From the NCBI GenBank assembly GCA_039922795.1, contig JBDTEB010000109.1:1-37799 (forward strand): a stretch of 37,799 bases of DNA, read 5' to 3'. Each line of letters opens with the position of its first letter. Within the stretch, counting starts at the first letter, position 1. This DNA is from Chitinophagaceae bacterium (GTDB taxonomy: Bacteria; Bacteroidota; Bacteroidia; Chitinophagales; Chitinophagaceae). Below the pieces are notes generated by a model. It did no database searches. It had not been told where the DNA came from and saw nothing but the letters and a program-made list of their open reading frames with translations. Made by a program: the position numbers and the translations under genes. Positions 1-9,382 of the stretch are shown piece by piece.

Positions 1-167
1 CCCTGATTAAAAGACATCTCAATCACTTTGCAGTTGCTTTCCGGGTCTGCAAAGGGCAGGTTCAGCAACCAATCATGAACATTTAACCTGTTACAACCAC
101 CTGTACTGCAACCACCGTTACTCTTACAACCACCCGGCTTTCCTGTTCCACAGCTTTCACATCCCAT
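1..167 (-). CDS. PSP1/RicT (YaaT)-like protein, N-terminal fragment running off the left edge
   Basis: Not in the ORF track because it is open at the edge. A minus-strand ATG at 167-165 gives MGCESCGTGKPGGCKSNGGCSTGGCNRLNVHDWLLNLPFADPESNCKVIEMSFNQG. This is a Cys/Gly-rich N-terminus followed by what looks like the start of a PSP1 domain. It lies downstream of holB, as yaaT/ricT does in Bacillus. Confidence 0.55.
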   Translation of the reverse strand, partial: MGCESCGTGKPGGCKSNGGCSTGGCNRLNVHDWLLNLPFADPESNCKVIEMSFNQ

Positions 168-440
168 ATGTATAATAACTTTTCAGATAATCAATGGGTA
201 AACGACAGATCATCCGGAAGTAGTCACTTCCGTAGGCTTGGCAATCTTTTCAACAGCGGGCGCGGATCAGGATCTTTGCCCATATATATAAATTCAGGAA
301 GCCAACTTTGTTTTTACGGCCATTTCCCATCAACATAATCACGATATGGCCGTTCTATCCATTTACCAAATCCCCGGTTTAAGGACCTATCACAAATATA
401 ATGTATTATCCAAGAAAGTTTTGCACATCGAAAATGCCAA

Positions 441-1670
441 CTATCGCCAGGCAGATATCAGGGCATTGTCTCTGACCACATGATAGATTCTGATCGTAAG
501 CGCGTGAAAGAGCATTTTGGAGTTGGCGTTTCTTTCGATATGCCATACTGCTTCGTCGATCAGATTGATAATAGCTTCTTGTTGCGCCAAACCTGCGATC
601 TTATTCAGCCGTAACATAAAATCGGTATCCTTATTTCCTTTGGCAGGATCTGCCGTATCGCCATGCAACCGAACCTTGATACTCAGGTGAAGAATGTGAT
701 TAAAATAGCGTAGAAACTGTTTTTGCTTTTCTCTTCCGAGCTTACTGATCTCTTCCACCCATTTCACCTGGGCAACAGGGCCGGTCCTAAGCATGGAATT
801 GAGCCATTCGCGCAGCAGCAGTTGCCAGTCTTCCTCGGCATGCAGAAGCAATTGCAAGGCTTCCCTGTAATTGCCCTCACTGATCATCGAGATCTGTTTG
901 GCGAGTGCCGGACCCGTCTCGTAATGTTTTACAAGTGAGGCATCGATTTCTTCCAGGCTGAACGGGGGAATCTTTACTAGTTGACATCTGGAAAGTATGG
1001 TCTGCAGAATCAAGGATTCATTTTCAGCTACGAAAATGAAAAGTGTATTGGCCGGAGGCTCCTCAATCAGTTTTAACAGTTTATTGCCCTCATTGCCCAA
1101 ATATTCCGGCATCCACATGATGAGGATCTTGAAATCACTCTCGAAACTCTTGAGAGATAGCTTAAGATTGATGTCATTACATTCGAAAGCCGTAATATTC
1201 CCCTGTTTGTTTTCGGCACTGATGAATTGAAGCCAATCGTAAACATTCCCGTAAGGCTGCGCCTTCAGAAAACTGCGCCAATCCTGAATAAAATCTGTAC
1301 TTTTTGGCTTGTCACCCGGCTTTTTTGGAAATACCGGGTATGAATAGTGGATATCGGGGTGAATAAACTGGCTGGCCTTCAAGCAGGCACTACACACTCC
1401 GCAGGAGTCTTTTTTGTCAAAGGCCGGTTCATCTAAAACATCTTCTTCAAGACTTCCAGTACCAAGCTTGGCTGAAAGTGATGCAGAATGACTTTCATGG
1501 GTGTGCACTCTTTCACAAACAACATATTGCGCAAAAGCCAGTGCTGACGCCAGTCCGCCATTTCCTTCTTTTCCAAGAAAAAGCAGCGCATGGCTCAGTC
1601 GGTTCCGCTGCACCATGTCTATAAGGTGTTGCGATACTTCAGTGTGACCTATTATATCTTTGAACTGCAT
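441..1670 (-). CDS. holB: DNA polymerase III delta-prime subunit
   Basis: 409 aa with an ATG start. It has a degenerate P-loop (LFLGKEGNGG), a Cys cluster (CGVCSACLK), a clamp-loader box (NKLLKLIEEPP) and the SRC motif (LSRCQ). Confidence 0.85.
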   Translation of the reverse strand: MQFKDIIGHTEVSQHLIDMVQRNRLSHALLFLGKEGNGGLASALAFAQYVVCERVHTHESHSASLSAKLGTGSLEEDVLDEPAFDKKDSCGVCSACLKASQFIHPDIHYSYPVFPKKPGDKPKSTDFIQDWRSFLKAQPYGNVYDWLQFISAENKQGNITAFECNDINLKLSLKSFESDFKILIMWMPEYLGNEGNKLLKLIEEPPANTLFIFVAENESLILQTILSRCQLVKIPPFSLEEIDASLVKHYETGPALAKQISMISEGNYREALQLLLHAEEDWQLLLREWLNSMLRTGPVAQVKWVEEISKLGREKQKQFLRYFNHILHLSIKVRLHGDTADPAKGNKDTDFMLRLNKIAGLAQQEAIINLIDEAVWHIERNANSKMLFHALTIRIYHVVRDNALISAWR

Positions 1671-1690
1671 TGTTTGAAACCTTTAATACC

Positions 1691-1729
1691 CAAAAATAAC
1701 AAAGCGATGAAATGCTTCATCGCTTTGTT
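1691..1729 (-). terminator. Rho-independent terminator of the peroxidase gene
   Basis: Perfect 14-bp stem (1698-1711 pairs with 1716-1729) with a 4-nt loop. On the minus strand it is followed by ATTTTTGGG. It lies 25 nt downstream of the stop at 1754. The T-run also forms TATTTTTG, a possible -7 box for holB. Confidence 0.75.
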
Positions 1730-1753
1730 GATATTATGAGGCTCCGGGTAGAT

Positions 1754-2266
1754 CTAATTCAGATATTTCGTAATCTCTTCACTCATCGGTGTCACTTTGC
1801 TTGGAAAAACAGTAATCAACTGGCCTTTCTCATCAATCAGGAACTTGGTAAAATTCCACTTGATAGGATCTTCGATGCCCTTTTTTGCTGCTTCAGCGAC
1901 AAGGTATTTAAACAGGGGATGAATATCATCACCCTTCACAGAAACTTTCTCGGTCATAGGGAAAGTTACACCATAATTTTTCGTGCAGAATTCCTGGATG
2001 TCGACATTTTTGCCAGGCTCCTGTTGACCAAAGTTATTGGCAGGAAAACCAAGAACAACCAGTTTGTCTTTGTACTTTTCGTACAACTTTTCCAGTTCTG
2101 CATATTGAGGCGTAAAGCCGCATTTGGAAGCTGTGTTCACGATAAGGATCTTCTTTCCCTTGTATTTCGCAAGATTAATTGATGATCCGTCCAGACCCGG
2201 TACTTTAAAATCGTAGATGGACACAGCAGCTATCAACATCACAGAAAGAATTGCCAATCGTATCAT
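1754..2266 (-). CDS. glutathione peroxidase (Cys type) with N-terminal signal/anchor
   Basis: 170 aa. GPx motifs are present: TASKCGFTPQY, FPANNFGQQEPG and WNFTKFLI. Confidence 0.9.
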   Translation of the reverse strand: MIRLAILSVMLIAAVSIYDFKVPGLDGSSINLAKYKGKKILIVNTASKCGFTPQYAELEKLYEKYKDKLVVLGFPANNFGQQEPGKNVDIQEFCTKNYGVTFPMTEKVSVKGDDIHPLFKYLVAEAAKKGIEDPIKWNFTKFLIDEKGQLITVFPSKVTPMSEEITKYLN

Positions 2267-2332
2267 AATGCTCGTTTTAAAAATGTTTGAACACGAATAT
2301 AACTCTTTTCAGAGCGATATTGTTCTACGAAT

Positions 2333-3727
2333 CTATCGTCTTTCATAAGCGCCGATGTCAGCAATCCCCACCGGGCGTTGTAATCCGTCCAGGTCCAGCA
2401 TTATGGGGGTGGCCACTCCTTTGTTAAGAGCAGGTGAATTGGTTTTTAGCCGGAAATTGTAGAACGGCCTGGAAACTTCTATGCTGTCAAACAACGGCTC
2501 CTGGTTTCTTATCATATTCGTTGTGATCGAGTTTGCCGGGTCAGTCTTACCCTTGATCAGGCAATTCTCAAATTGGAGGAGGAATGGATTTGCCCCGGCT
2601 TTTGAAACGGGGATCTCATCTTCTACCGCTCCACCGTCCGACCAGAAGATCGTATTCCTGAAGATCGCCCGCAGGTCGGCCACCAGTACAGGCGCTGTTT
2701 GCCCGGTATTATTGCTGATAGCCACAAGAGGATCTTTATGAAGCATGTATGTACTGGAGTAGCTTGCCACCGTGCAATGGTTAAAAAGATAATTACCCCC
2801 ATAAAGTAACTGGATATTTTTGCCACAATTACTGATGAGACAGTTGGTGGCCTGGATTGACGTTTGCACGCCCAGGATGCCTGCATCATAAATATTGTTG
2901 ATAATGCATTGGTTCATGACAACTTTATACCCGCCTGCACCTGGCAGTTTTTCGGCAACAATGCCCTGATAGGCATTCTGGATGATCGCATAATTCAATA
3001 CGCTTCCTGTACTGCTTCCTCTAAAATAAATCCCAGGCCAGCTTCCCGGAAAAGCATTGTAGGGAGCATCGAGTCTGTCTGCCTGGAAATATACGCGATC
3101 ACTGTCTGATCTTTCACCATTAACCTGTAATGTACCGTCGATAATAATCGGGGCATTGGCATGCATAAAAATTTTGCAGCCTTTTTCGATGGTGAGCACG
3201 GCATTGGAATCAACAATCAATCCTCCGACAATCACATACGGCAATTTGGAATTCCAGGTCTCGTGGCCTCTTACGACGTGCTCTTTTAAAAAATTTGCGT
3301 TCTTTCCCCAGGTTTCCAGCTGTACAAATCTTTGGTTGCCATTGAATGTTACCTGTATACTGTCTTGTACAATAAAAGCAACGCTGTTCGTGTTCGAATT
3401 CAATGTCACGGAAACAAAAACGTACAAACTGTCTTTCGCGCCTATCTCTATATTATTTATCGTTGTTCCCGAAATACCATCAACATTCATTTTGAATGGA
3501 GACGCCTGGCCGCCCGTCAGGACGATACTGTTTATCAGCAATCGCTCGTTATTATCATTTTTGATTTTAAAAGACTGGGTGATGGAACCTACGGTTGTAA
3601 ACACCGTATCGAAGCGGATGGTGTCGGAAGAAAATGAAATGCTTGCTTCCTTTGATGAAATAAATGAATCCTTGCTGCACGAATGCAGTATTATTATGAT
3701 GAGCATCAAATAGCAGAACAGTTTCAT
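2333..3727 (-). CDS. lipoprotein with right-handed parallel beta-helix (PbH1-like) repeats
   Basis: 464 aa with a lipobox (ILHSC). It has repeated N/G/I-rich beta-helix rungs (NAYQGIVAE, NNIYDAGILGV, NCLISNCGKNIQL) and a C-terminal DIGAYE motif. It starts 9 nt downstream of comF. Confidence 0.55.
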   Translation of the reverse strand: MKLFCYLMLIIIILHSCSKDSFISSKEASISFSSDTIRFDTVFTTVGSITQSFKIKNDNNERLLINSIVLTGGQASPFKMNVDGISGTTINNIEIGAKDSLYVFVSVTLNSNTNSVAFIVQDSIQVTFNGNQRFVQLETWGKNANFLKEHVVRGHETWNSKLPYVIVGGLIVDSNAVLTIEKGCKIFMHANAPIIIDGTLQVNGERSDSDRVYFQADRLDAPYNAFPGSWPGIYFRGSSTGSVLNYAIIQNAYQGIVAEKLPGAGGYKVVMNQCIINNIYDAGILGVQTSIQATNCLISNCGKNIQLLYGGNYLFNHCTVASYSSTYMLHKDPLVAISNNTGQTAPVLVADLRAIFRNTIFWSDGGAVEDEIPVSKAGANPFLLQFENCLIKGKTDPANSITTNMIRNQEPLFDSIEVSRPFYNFRLKTNSPALNKGVATPIMLDLDGLQRPVGIADIGAYERR

Positions 3728-3736
3728 TTCAATAAG

Positions 3737-4450
3737 TTACTTGATCGCGTAGGCAAAGGTTGCAATACTCAACCTTGTTTCCTGCGCTGCTAAAATTTCT
3801 ATGCCACAGGCTTCCAGCGTCGCACCTGTGGTAATGATATCATCTATGAGCAGTACATGTAATTTGCCCGGATGCACTTCCCTTTTTAATTCAAATTTAT
3901 CCTTCATATTTTCCCATCTTTCGATCCTGGTTTTTTGCGTTTGTGTTCTTGTAAAACTTTTCCGCATCACCAGGTTAGTTTCCATCTTCCAACCTGTTAC
4001 TTCTGATATGCCCTGCCCAATAATCTGTGCCTGGTTAAAACCCCTGATGCGCTCTTTTCGTGGATGAAGAGGGAGCGGAACTACCAGGTCAATATCTTGA
4101 AACCTGCCAGACGTGATTAATGATTCACCCATCATTCTTCCGGCTAGTTTCCCCACTGCCTTATTCCCTTTATATTTTAGCTCGTGCAGTATGTGTTGAA
4201 CAATGGTATCTCTCGTAAAATAACAGAAACTGCTGGCAGCGGCAAGTGGTATTCGTCCCCAAAAGATTTTTTCTACCAGGTTGCCCGCGTAGTCACTGAA
4301 ATTAGTCACGGGCAACTGATGAACACAGGTAAAACAAAGGGGTGCAGACCCGTCATTGATCTCTCTTCCGCAACCTGCACAAAGATGGGGGTAAAAGAGT
4401 CCAATCAAATTTTTAAGAACCTTTGAAAAACCCGGTGAAAGTGTTTTCAT
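3737..4450 (-). CDS. comF: ComF family protein (phosphoribosyltransferase-like competence protein)
   Basis: 237 aa. It has an N-terminal 4-Cys finger (CAGCG...CFTC) and a C-terminal PRT motif (VLLIDDIITTGATL). Confidence 0.8.
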   Translation of the reverse strand: MKTLSPGFSKVLKNLIGLFYPHLCAGCGREINDGSAPLCFTCVHQLPVTNFSDYAGNLVEKIFWGRIPLAAASSFCYFTRDTIVQHILHELKYKGNKAVGKLAGRMMGESLITSGRFQDIDLVVPLPLHPRKERIRGFNQAQIIGQGISEVTGWKMETNLVMRKSFTRTQTQKTRIERWENMKDKFELKREVHPGKLHVLLIDDIITTGATLEACGIEILAAQETRLSIATFAYAIK

Positions 4451-4511
4451 CTAGCCAAAGATTAAGTAGTTACCTCTATCGATGCAGATTATTTCCATTT
4501 ACAAGCCAGCA

Positions 4512-5882
4512 TCAAAAAAGTAACTGGTAAACTTCTTCAACCTTGCCTACAGGTACTACTTCGATATTGGAAGAACTTTTGAGTAAACTCTTCTGGTTGT
4601 ATTTTGAAAGGATGATCTTTTCAAATCCCAGCTTCTGCGCTTCCGCGATTCTCTGTTCAACACGATTCACTGCTCTTATCTCTCCACTTAGTCCGACCTC
4701 TCCCGCGAAACAGCAATGCATCGGCAGCGCCACGTCTTCGAATGAACTCAGCAAGGCGCAAAGTACCGCCAGATCGGTTGAAGGATCTTCAATTTTCAAT
4801 CCCCCGGCGATATTTAGAAATACGTCTTTTACTCCGAAATGAAAGCCTCCTCTTTTTTCCAGCACGGCAAGTAACAATTGCAGTCTTCTTAAATCGAAGC
4901 CACTCACGGTTCTTTGCGGTGTGCCATAAACAGATTGTGTCACCAGTGCCTGCACTTCTATCAACAGCGGTCTCAGGCCTTCAATGGTGGACGCGATAGC
5001 TATGCCGCTCAACTGCTCTTCACGTTGAGTGATCAATATTTCGCTTGGGTTCGTTACAGGTTTCATTCCTTCTCCGCTCATCTGATAAATTCCCAATTCT
5101 GCCGTGCTTCCAAACCTGTTCTTTAATGTTCGCAAAATCCTGTAAGCATAATGCCTGTCCCCTTCAAATTGCAGCACGGTGTCAACCATGTGCTCGAGTA
5201 TTTTCGGACCTGCAATCGTACCATCTTTTGTAATGTGCCCGATTAAAAATACCGGTGTGTTGGTTTCTTTTGCGAATCGCTGAAACTCTGCCGCTGTCTC
5301 CCTGATTTGTGAAACACTGCCAGGGGAAGATTCTATCGAAGGCGTGTGTAATGTTTGAATAGAGTCTATAATGATCAGGTCCGGTCTCAGTTTTTTTATT
5401 TCCTGAAAAATGATCTCTGTCGATGTCTCCGTAAGTAAATAAAAATTTTCATTCTTTATCTGCAGTCGGTCCGCGCGCATTTTTATCTGCTGTTCACTTT
5501 CTTCACCACTGATGTATAAGGTAACGACACTCGATAGCTGAAGACCATTTTGTAAAAACAATGTTGATTTCCCAATGCCCGGTTCACCGGCAACCAATAC
5601 GATACTTCCGGGAACAATACCACCACCGAGTGCCCTCGTTAACTCACTGTCGCATCCCTGGATTCTTTTTTCTTCAATGCTCGTAATGTCATTCAATGAA
5701 ACAGTTTTCCCAGAACGTTTCTCTTTGTAATCATCCCAGATGCCTTTGGAGTTTGCTGATGGCTTTTGAATAACTTCTTCAACGAATGTATTCCACTGTC
5801 CGCACGACGGACATTTGCCGGCCCACTTCGCAGATTCATACCCACAATTCTGACAAATAAATGCCGACCTGCTTTTACTCAT
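4512..5882 (-). CDS. radA: DNA repair protein RadA/Sms
   Basis: 456 aa. It has a zinc finger (CQNCGYESAKWAGKCPSCGQWNTF), a Walker A (GEPGIGKST), the KNRFG motif and a Lon-like C-terminal domain. Confidence 0.95.
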   Translation of the reverse strand: MSKSRSAFICQNCGYESAKWAGKCPSCGQWNTFVEEVIQKPSANSKGIWDDYKEKRSGKTVSLNDITSIEEKRIQGCDSELTRALGGGIVPGSIVLVAGEPGIGKSTLFLQNGLQLSSVVTLYISGEESEQQIKMRADRLQIKNENFYLLTETSTEIIFQEIKKLRPDLIIIDSIQTLHTPSIESSPGSVSQIRETAAEFQRFAKETNTPVFLIGHITKDGTIAGPKILEHMVDTVLQFEGDRHYAYRILRTLKNRFGSTAELGIYQMSGEGMKPVTNPSEILITQREEQLSGIAIASTIEGLRPLLIEVQALVTQSVYGTPQRTVSGFDLRRLQLLLAVLEKRGGFHFGVKDVFLNIAGGLKIEDPSTDLAVLCALLSSFEDVALPMHCCFAGEVGLSGEIRAVNRVEQRIAEAQKLGFEKIILSKYNQKSLLKSSSNIEVVPVGKVEEVYQLLF

Positions 5883-6013
5883 CGGGTAAAGTTAAGGCTG
5901 CATGAATAAATTCAACGGGTGAAATGACCCTTTAAAAAGAAAGAAGATGTAAAACGGCAACCCAGGATAGCGACCAGAAAAATGTAATGGAGAATAGACT
6001 ATTCTCAAAAGTA

Positions 6014-6041
6014 AAAGGGCCAATCTTTCGATTGACCCTTT
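6014..6041. other. 12-bp stem-loop in the long rng-radA spacer
   Basis: AAAGGGCCAATC-TTTC-GATTGACCCTTT, with one C/A mismatch. On the minus strand it is followed by TACTTTTG (6013-6006), which also fits a TAnnTTTG -7 box. Confidence 0.3.
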
Positions 6042-6324
6042 ACTTACTAACCCATTAAATTCTTCCACTAAATTACTAATTAGAGTCACAAAACAAAATT
6101 AATTTTTCTTAGTGTGAATAACTTTCGACTCTGTCAGGTAAACATTACCTAATGATAAAGTAATGATAATCAGGCTATTGAAAATATTTGTGTTATCTTA
6201 TTCTCTGACTATCAATCATTAAAATGAAATTTCAAAAACAACTTACTGACAAAAAGTCGCATTTGCAAGCTGCCTGATCCGGGCAAATAAATAGCCGCTT
6301 TTATGGCTGATTAGCAACGAAAAA

Positions 6325-7872
6325 TTATAATTTGATCTCTTCGTCGCGATCGTCAAAAAAGTGGAATTCAGTTAGATGATAATTGGTATTTTCCCTGATT
6401 TTGATCCGCTGACGGTATTTAAACCTCCACTTCAGTTTTTTTGAGATAAGCCCCTTGGTGAGATAGGCATGAAGTATCGGATTAACCACAAGGGTCAGGT
6501 TCGAGTGCTTATGAGTAATGAGATAATTGAGGTTTTTATCGATTTCGTCTTCGAGAACCAGGGTAGATGAGATTTTTCCCGTTCCGCCGCAGCTGGGACA
6601 GATTTCGGTAGTATTAATGGTCAATTCCGGCTTCATGCGCTGCCGGGTGATTTGCATTATTCCAAATTTGGAAATTGGGAGCACGGCGTGTTTAGCCCTG
6701 TCCGGACGCATAAGGTCTTCCATGGCCTCTATCAATCTCCGTTTATTGTCCGGAAGCTTCATATCTATAAAGTCCACGACAATTATGCCACCCAGGTCGC
6801 GAAGCCTGAGCTGACGGGCAATCTCATCGGCTGCCTCCAGGTTAGTTTCCAGAGCATTTTGCTCCTGGTTATTGCTCACACTCTTGTAACCGCTATTTAC
6901 GTCGATAACATGCAGGGCCTCGGTATGTTCTATGATCAGGTAGGCACCGCTAGGGAGGTTAACTGTTTTGCCAAAAGCGGCTTTAACCTGTTTTGTGACA
7001 CCAAACTGGTCAAAAATGGGAAAGCCGTTCTGATGGAAAGCGACGATATCCGCTTTTTCAGGAGCAATCTTCTGAATGTAGTTCTTTGCATCATTGAACA
7101 GGTTGCGGTCGTTAACTACAACCCGGTTAAAATCCTCATTAAGAAGATCTCTGAGGATGCTGGTGGTCTTGGTTTGTTCGCTGAGTATTTTGGCCGGCGC
7201 AACTGAGTTATGAAGATTTTTCTGGATGATGCTCCATGTGAGTACCAATGCATCAAGGTCCTCACGCAGTTCTGTGATGTTTTTTCCTTCTGCCGCCGTT
7301 CTAACGATGACCCCGAAATTTTTAGCTTTGATGGATTCGACGATCTTTTGCAGCCGTTTTCTCTCCTCGGAGGAATGGATCTTCCGGGAAACAGCTACGA
7401 TATCGTTAAAAGGGGTTATCACTACAAATCTGCCGGGAAGGGAGATTTCACAACTAAGTCTTGGACCTTTGGCTGCGATAGGTTCTTTAAGAATCTGCAC
7501 CAGGATGTTCGGTTTGCCTCCAAGCACCTCGTTGATCTTACCCGTTTTGATGATCTCGGGTTCAACCTCGAACTTACCAAAGTCTAAACCATTGGGCCTG
7601 GTGTCGTTAATAGCGGCCTGGGTAAACTTAAGTAGGGACCTGGCATACGGACTAAGATCAGTATAGTGAAGGAAGGCATCTTTCTCAAAACCAACGTCAA
7701 CAAAGGCTGCGTTGAGTCCGGGGATAAGCTTTTTAACTTTTCCAAGATACAGATCTCCTACAGCAAAGCTGGCATCCGCCTTTTCACTGTGCAGTTCTAC
7801 CAGTTTTTTATTTTCAAGTAGCGCTATTTCAACACCCTGAGGGGCTGCATTTATAATTAATTCTTTGTTCAA
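6325..7872 (-). CDS. rng: Rne/Rng family ribonuclease (RNase G)
   Basis: 515 aa. It has an S1 domain (GDLYLGKVKKLIPGLNAAFVDVG) and an RNase E/G catalytic core (IIEHTEALHVIDVNSG). The start is TTG, the first start codon after an in-frame TGA. Confidence 0.9.
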   Translation of the reverse strand: MNKELIINAAPQGVEIALLENKKLVELHSEKADASFAVGDLYLGKVKKLIPGLNAAFVDVGFEKDAFLHYTDLSPYARSLLKFTQAAINDTRPNGLDFGKFEVEPEIIKTGKINEVLGGKPNILVQILKEPIAAKGPRLSCEISLPGRFVVITPFNDIVAVSRKIHSSEERKRLQKIVESIKAKNFGVIVRTAAEGKNITELREDLDALVLTWSIIQKNLHNSVAPAKILSEQTKTTSILRDLLNEDFNRVVVNDRNLFNDAKNYIQKIAPEKADIVAFHQNGFPIFDQFGVTKQVKAAFGKTVNLPSGAYLIIEHTEALHVIDVNSGYKSVSNNQEQNALETNLEAADEIARQLRLRDLGGIIVVDFIDMKLPDNKRRLIEAMEDLMRPDRAKHAVLPISKFGIMQITRQRMKPELTINTTEICPSCGGTGKISSTLVLEDEIDKNLNYLITHKHSNLTLVVNPILHAYLTKGLISKKLKWRFKYRQRIKIRENTNYHLTEFHFFDDRDEEIKL

Positions 7873-8014
7873 GCAAAATCACATTTAATGTCAACCGTAC
7901 TGCCTGATCGGAGAGGAAGGGGTAAGATATAATCAGAAGCTCTCTGTAACCGGTCAGGAAAACAATTGCAGCAGAATTAATAAGCAATTAGAAGGTTAGC
8001 CTTTCGGGAAATGA

Positions 8015-8043
8015 ATACCGAAGGCATCTACAGCCTCCGGTAT
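8015..8043 (-). terminator. stem-loop after the small basic ORF (possible terminator or rng leader element)
   Basis: 10-bp stem (ATACCGGAGG pairs with CCTTCGGTAT on the minus strand, one G-U pair) with a 9-nt loop. It lies 24 nt after the stop at 8068. The following T tract is weak (TCATTT). Confidence 0.35.
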
Positions 8044-8067
8044 TCTAAATCAAATGGAAGAACAGAT

Positions 8068-8163
8068 CTATTTATTCTTTTTCTTATGGCGATTCTTTCT
8101 AAGTCTTTTTTTCCTTTTATGGGTCGCTATTTTATGACGTTTTCTTTTTTTACCGCAAGGCAT
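8068..8163 (-). CDS. 31-aa Lys/Arg-rich protein, resembling the very short basic ribosomal proteins (bS22/bTHX class)
   Basis: Below the ORF-track length cutoff. ATG at 8163-8161 and TAG at 8070-8068. The translation is MPCGKKRKRHKIATHKRKKRLRKNRHKKKNK. It lies 24 nt downstream of the TPR gene on the same strand. Confidence 0.55.
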   Translation of the reverse strand: MPCGKKRKRHKIATHKRKKRLRKNRHKKKNK

Positions 8164-8187
8164 TGAGTGCTATTTTATTTGTAAAAA

Positions 8188-9039
8188 TTATTTTAACTGT
8201 TGAATTCTGTGATCAATTTCTTTCAATACTTCAGGCATGGTGATCATTTTCCTGGCAGTTTCATAGCTTTTTTTCGCATTTTCCTTGTCCCCGCTCCTTT
8301 CGTAAGCCTCCGCGATTGTCAGCAGTGCTTCCAGGTTTCCCGGTTCAAAAGCCAGCACTTTCTTCAGCCTGGGAATAGCTTTTTCATACTGTCCGGAAAC
8401 AACACCACCCAAACCAAGCATCAACTGGGCATACATATTGGATGAATCCTTCTGTGAAACCTTGATGATTTGCTGAATTCCCTGCATTACTTCCTGCGGG
8501 TTCTCCGCAGAACTCCCGAAAATGTAAGCACTTCCAAGCCCGATCCTTGCAGAATCGTTAGAAGGATTTATCAACAAAGCTTTCTGAAAAAGATCCTTAG
8601 CTTCTGAGGCCATCCACGATTTTATTCCAGGATCACCCACCCTTCTTAGATTATTCAAAAATAATTGGGCAGCAAAGGTGAGGCTTTTTTCAGAATTTTC
8701 CAACTTGGAAGCCTCCCCTGTATAATATGCATACGCTTCGACGCTTTGAACACTGTCTTTCCAGTACCCGGCCAGCTGGCGAAAAATGCGGGTCTGCTGA
8801 ATTTTGACATCTCCTCTCACCACGGAAGATTCAAGAGAATTGACGTATGTCTGTTGGGGAAGACTCAGCTTTGATTTCTCAGAAGCCAACAAGGCTTTGA
8901 TATCAAAAGTGGGTGTGTCGGAATGTTCAGACTGCACGGATGCAATATCGGATTTGTGGGCCACGGTGCGTCCGAAGAAAAATAGCGCCAGAACTAAAAT
9001 GACACCTCCGGAGATGACCAGTATTTGCGATTTATTCAC
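8188..9039 (-). CDS. membrane-anchored tetratricopeptide-repeat protein
   Basis: 283 aa with a GTG start and an N-terminal TM helix. TPR-like A/L/Y repeats run through the C-terminal half. Confidence 0.7.
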   Translation of the reverse strand: MNKSQILVISGGVILVLALFFFGRTVAHKSDIASVQSEHSDTPTFDIKALLASEKSKLSLPQQTYVNSLESSVVRGDVKIQQTRIFRQLAGYWKDSVQSVEAYAYYTGEASKLENSEKSLTFAAQLFLNNLRRVGDPGIKSWMASEAKDLFQKALLINPSNDSARIGLGSAYIFGSSAENPQEVMQGIQQIIKVSQKDSSNMYAQLMLGLGGVVSGQYEKAIPRLKKVLAFEPGNLEALLTIAEAYERSGDKENAKKSYETARKMITMPEVLKEIDHRIQQLK

Positions 9040-9061
9040 GGTTCTTTATTAAACCGCGAAA

Positions 9062-9382
9062 TTACATCTCTTCTTCCGGGTTTGACTGATCCTGTTTAAC
9101 CGTTTTAAGTTTTTTGACTTCCTGAACGAATTCTTTGGCCGGTTTGAAGGCAGGAATATAGTGTTCTGGTATATCTACGGCAACATTTTTCTTTATATTT
9201 CTTCCAACCTTGGCTGCCCTCTTTTTTGTGATGAAGCTTCCAAAACCCCTTATATAAATATTCTCGCCCTGTGCCAAGGTGTCTTTTACTTCTTTGAACA
9301 TGGTTTCAAGAATAACCAGCACATCTACTTTGGGGATCCCGGTCTTTTCAAAAATCTGGTTGATGAGGTCGGCTTTTCTCAT
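9062..9382 (-). CDS. hup: HU family DNA-binding protein
   Basis: 106 aa. It has the HU fold signature (IYIRGFGSFITKKRAAKVGRNIKKN...IPEHYIPAFKPAKEF). Confidence 0.9.
   Translation of the reverse strand: MRKADLINQIFEKTGIPKVDVLVILETMFKEVKDTLAQGENIYIRGFGSFITKKRAAKVGRNIKKNVAVDIPEHYIPAFKPAKEFVQEVKKLKTVKQDQSNPEEEM

Noticed and set aside
215-232. A 7-bp hairpin, CGGAAGT-AGTC-ACTTCCG, in the 273-nt holB-PSP1 spacer.
   Set aside because: It has no T-tract and no second copy. It may be a leader structure, but there is nothing to distinguish it from chance.
5892-6089. A 65-aa minus-strand ORF in the rng-radA spacer.
   Set aside because: It is low-complexity and spans the stem-loop and T-tract. It reaches to within 9 nt of the radA ATG and has no recognisable features.
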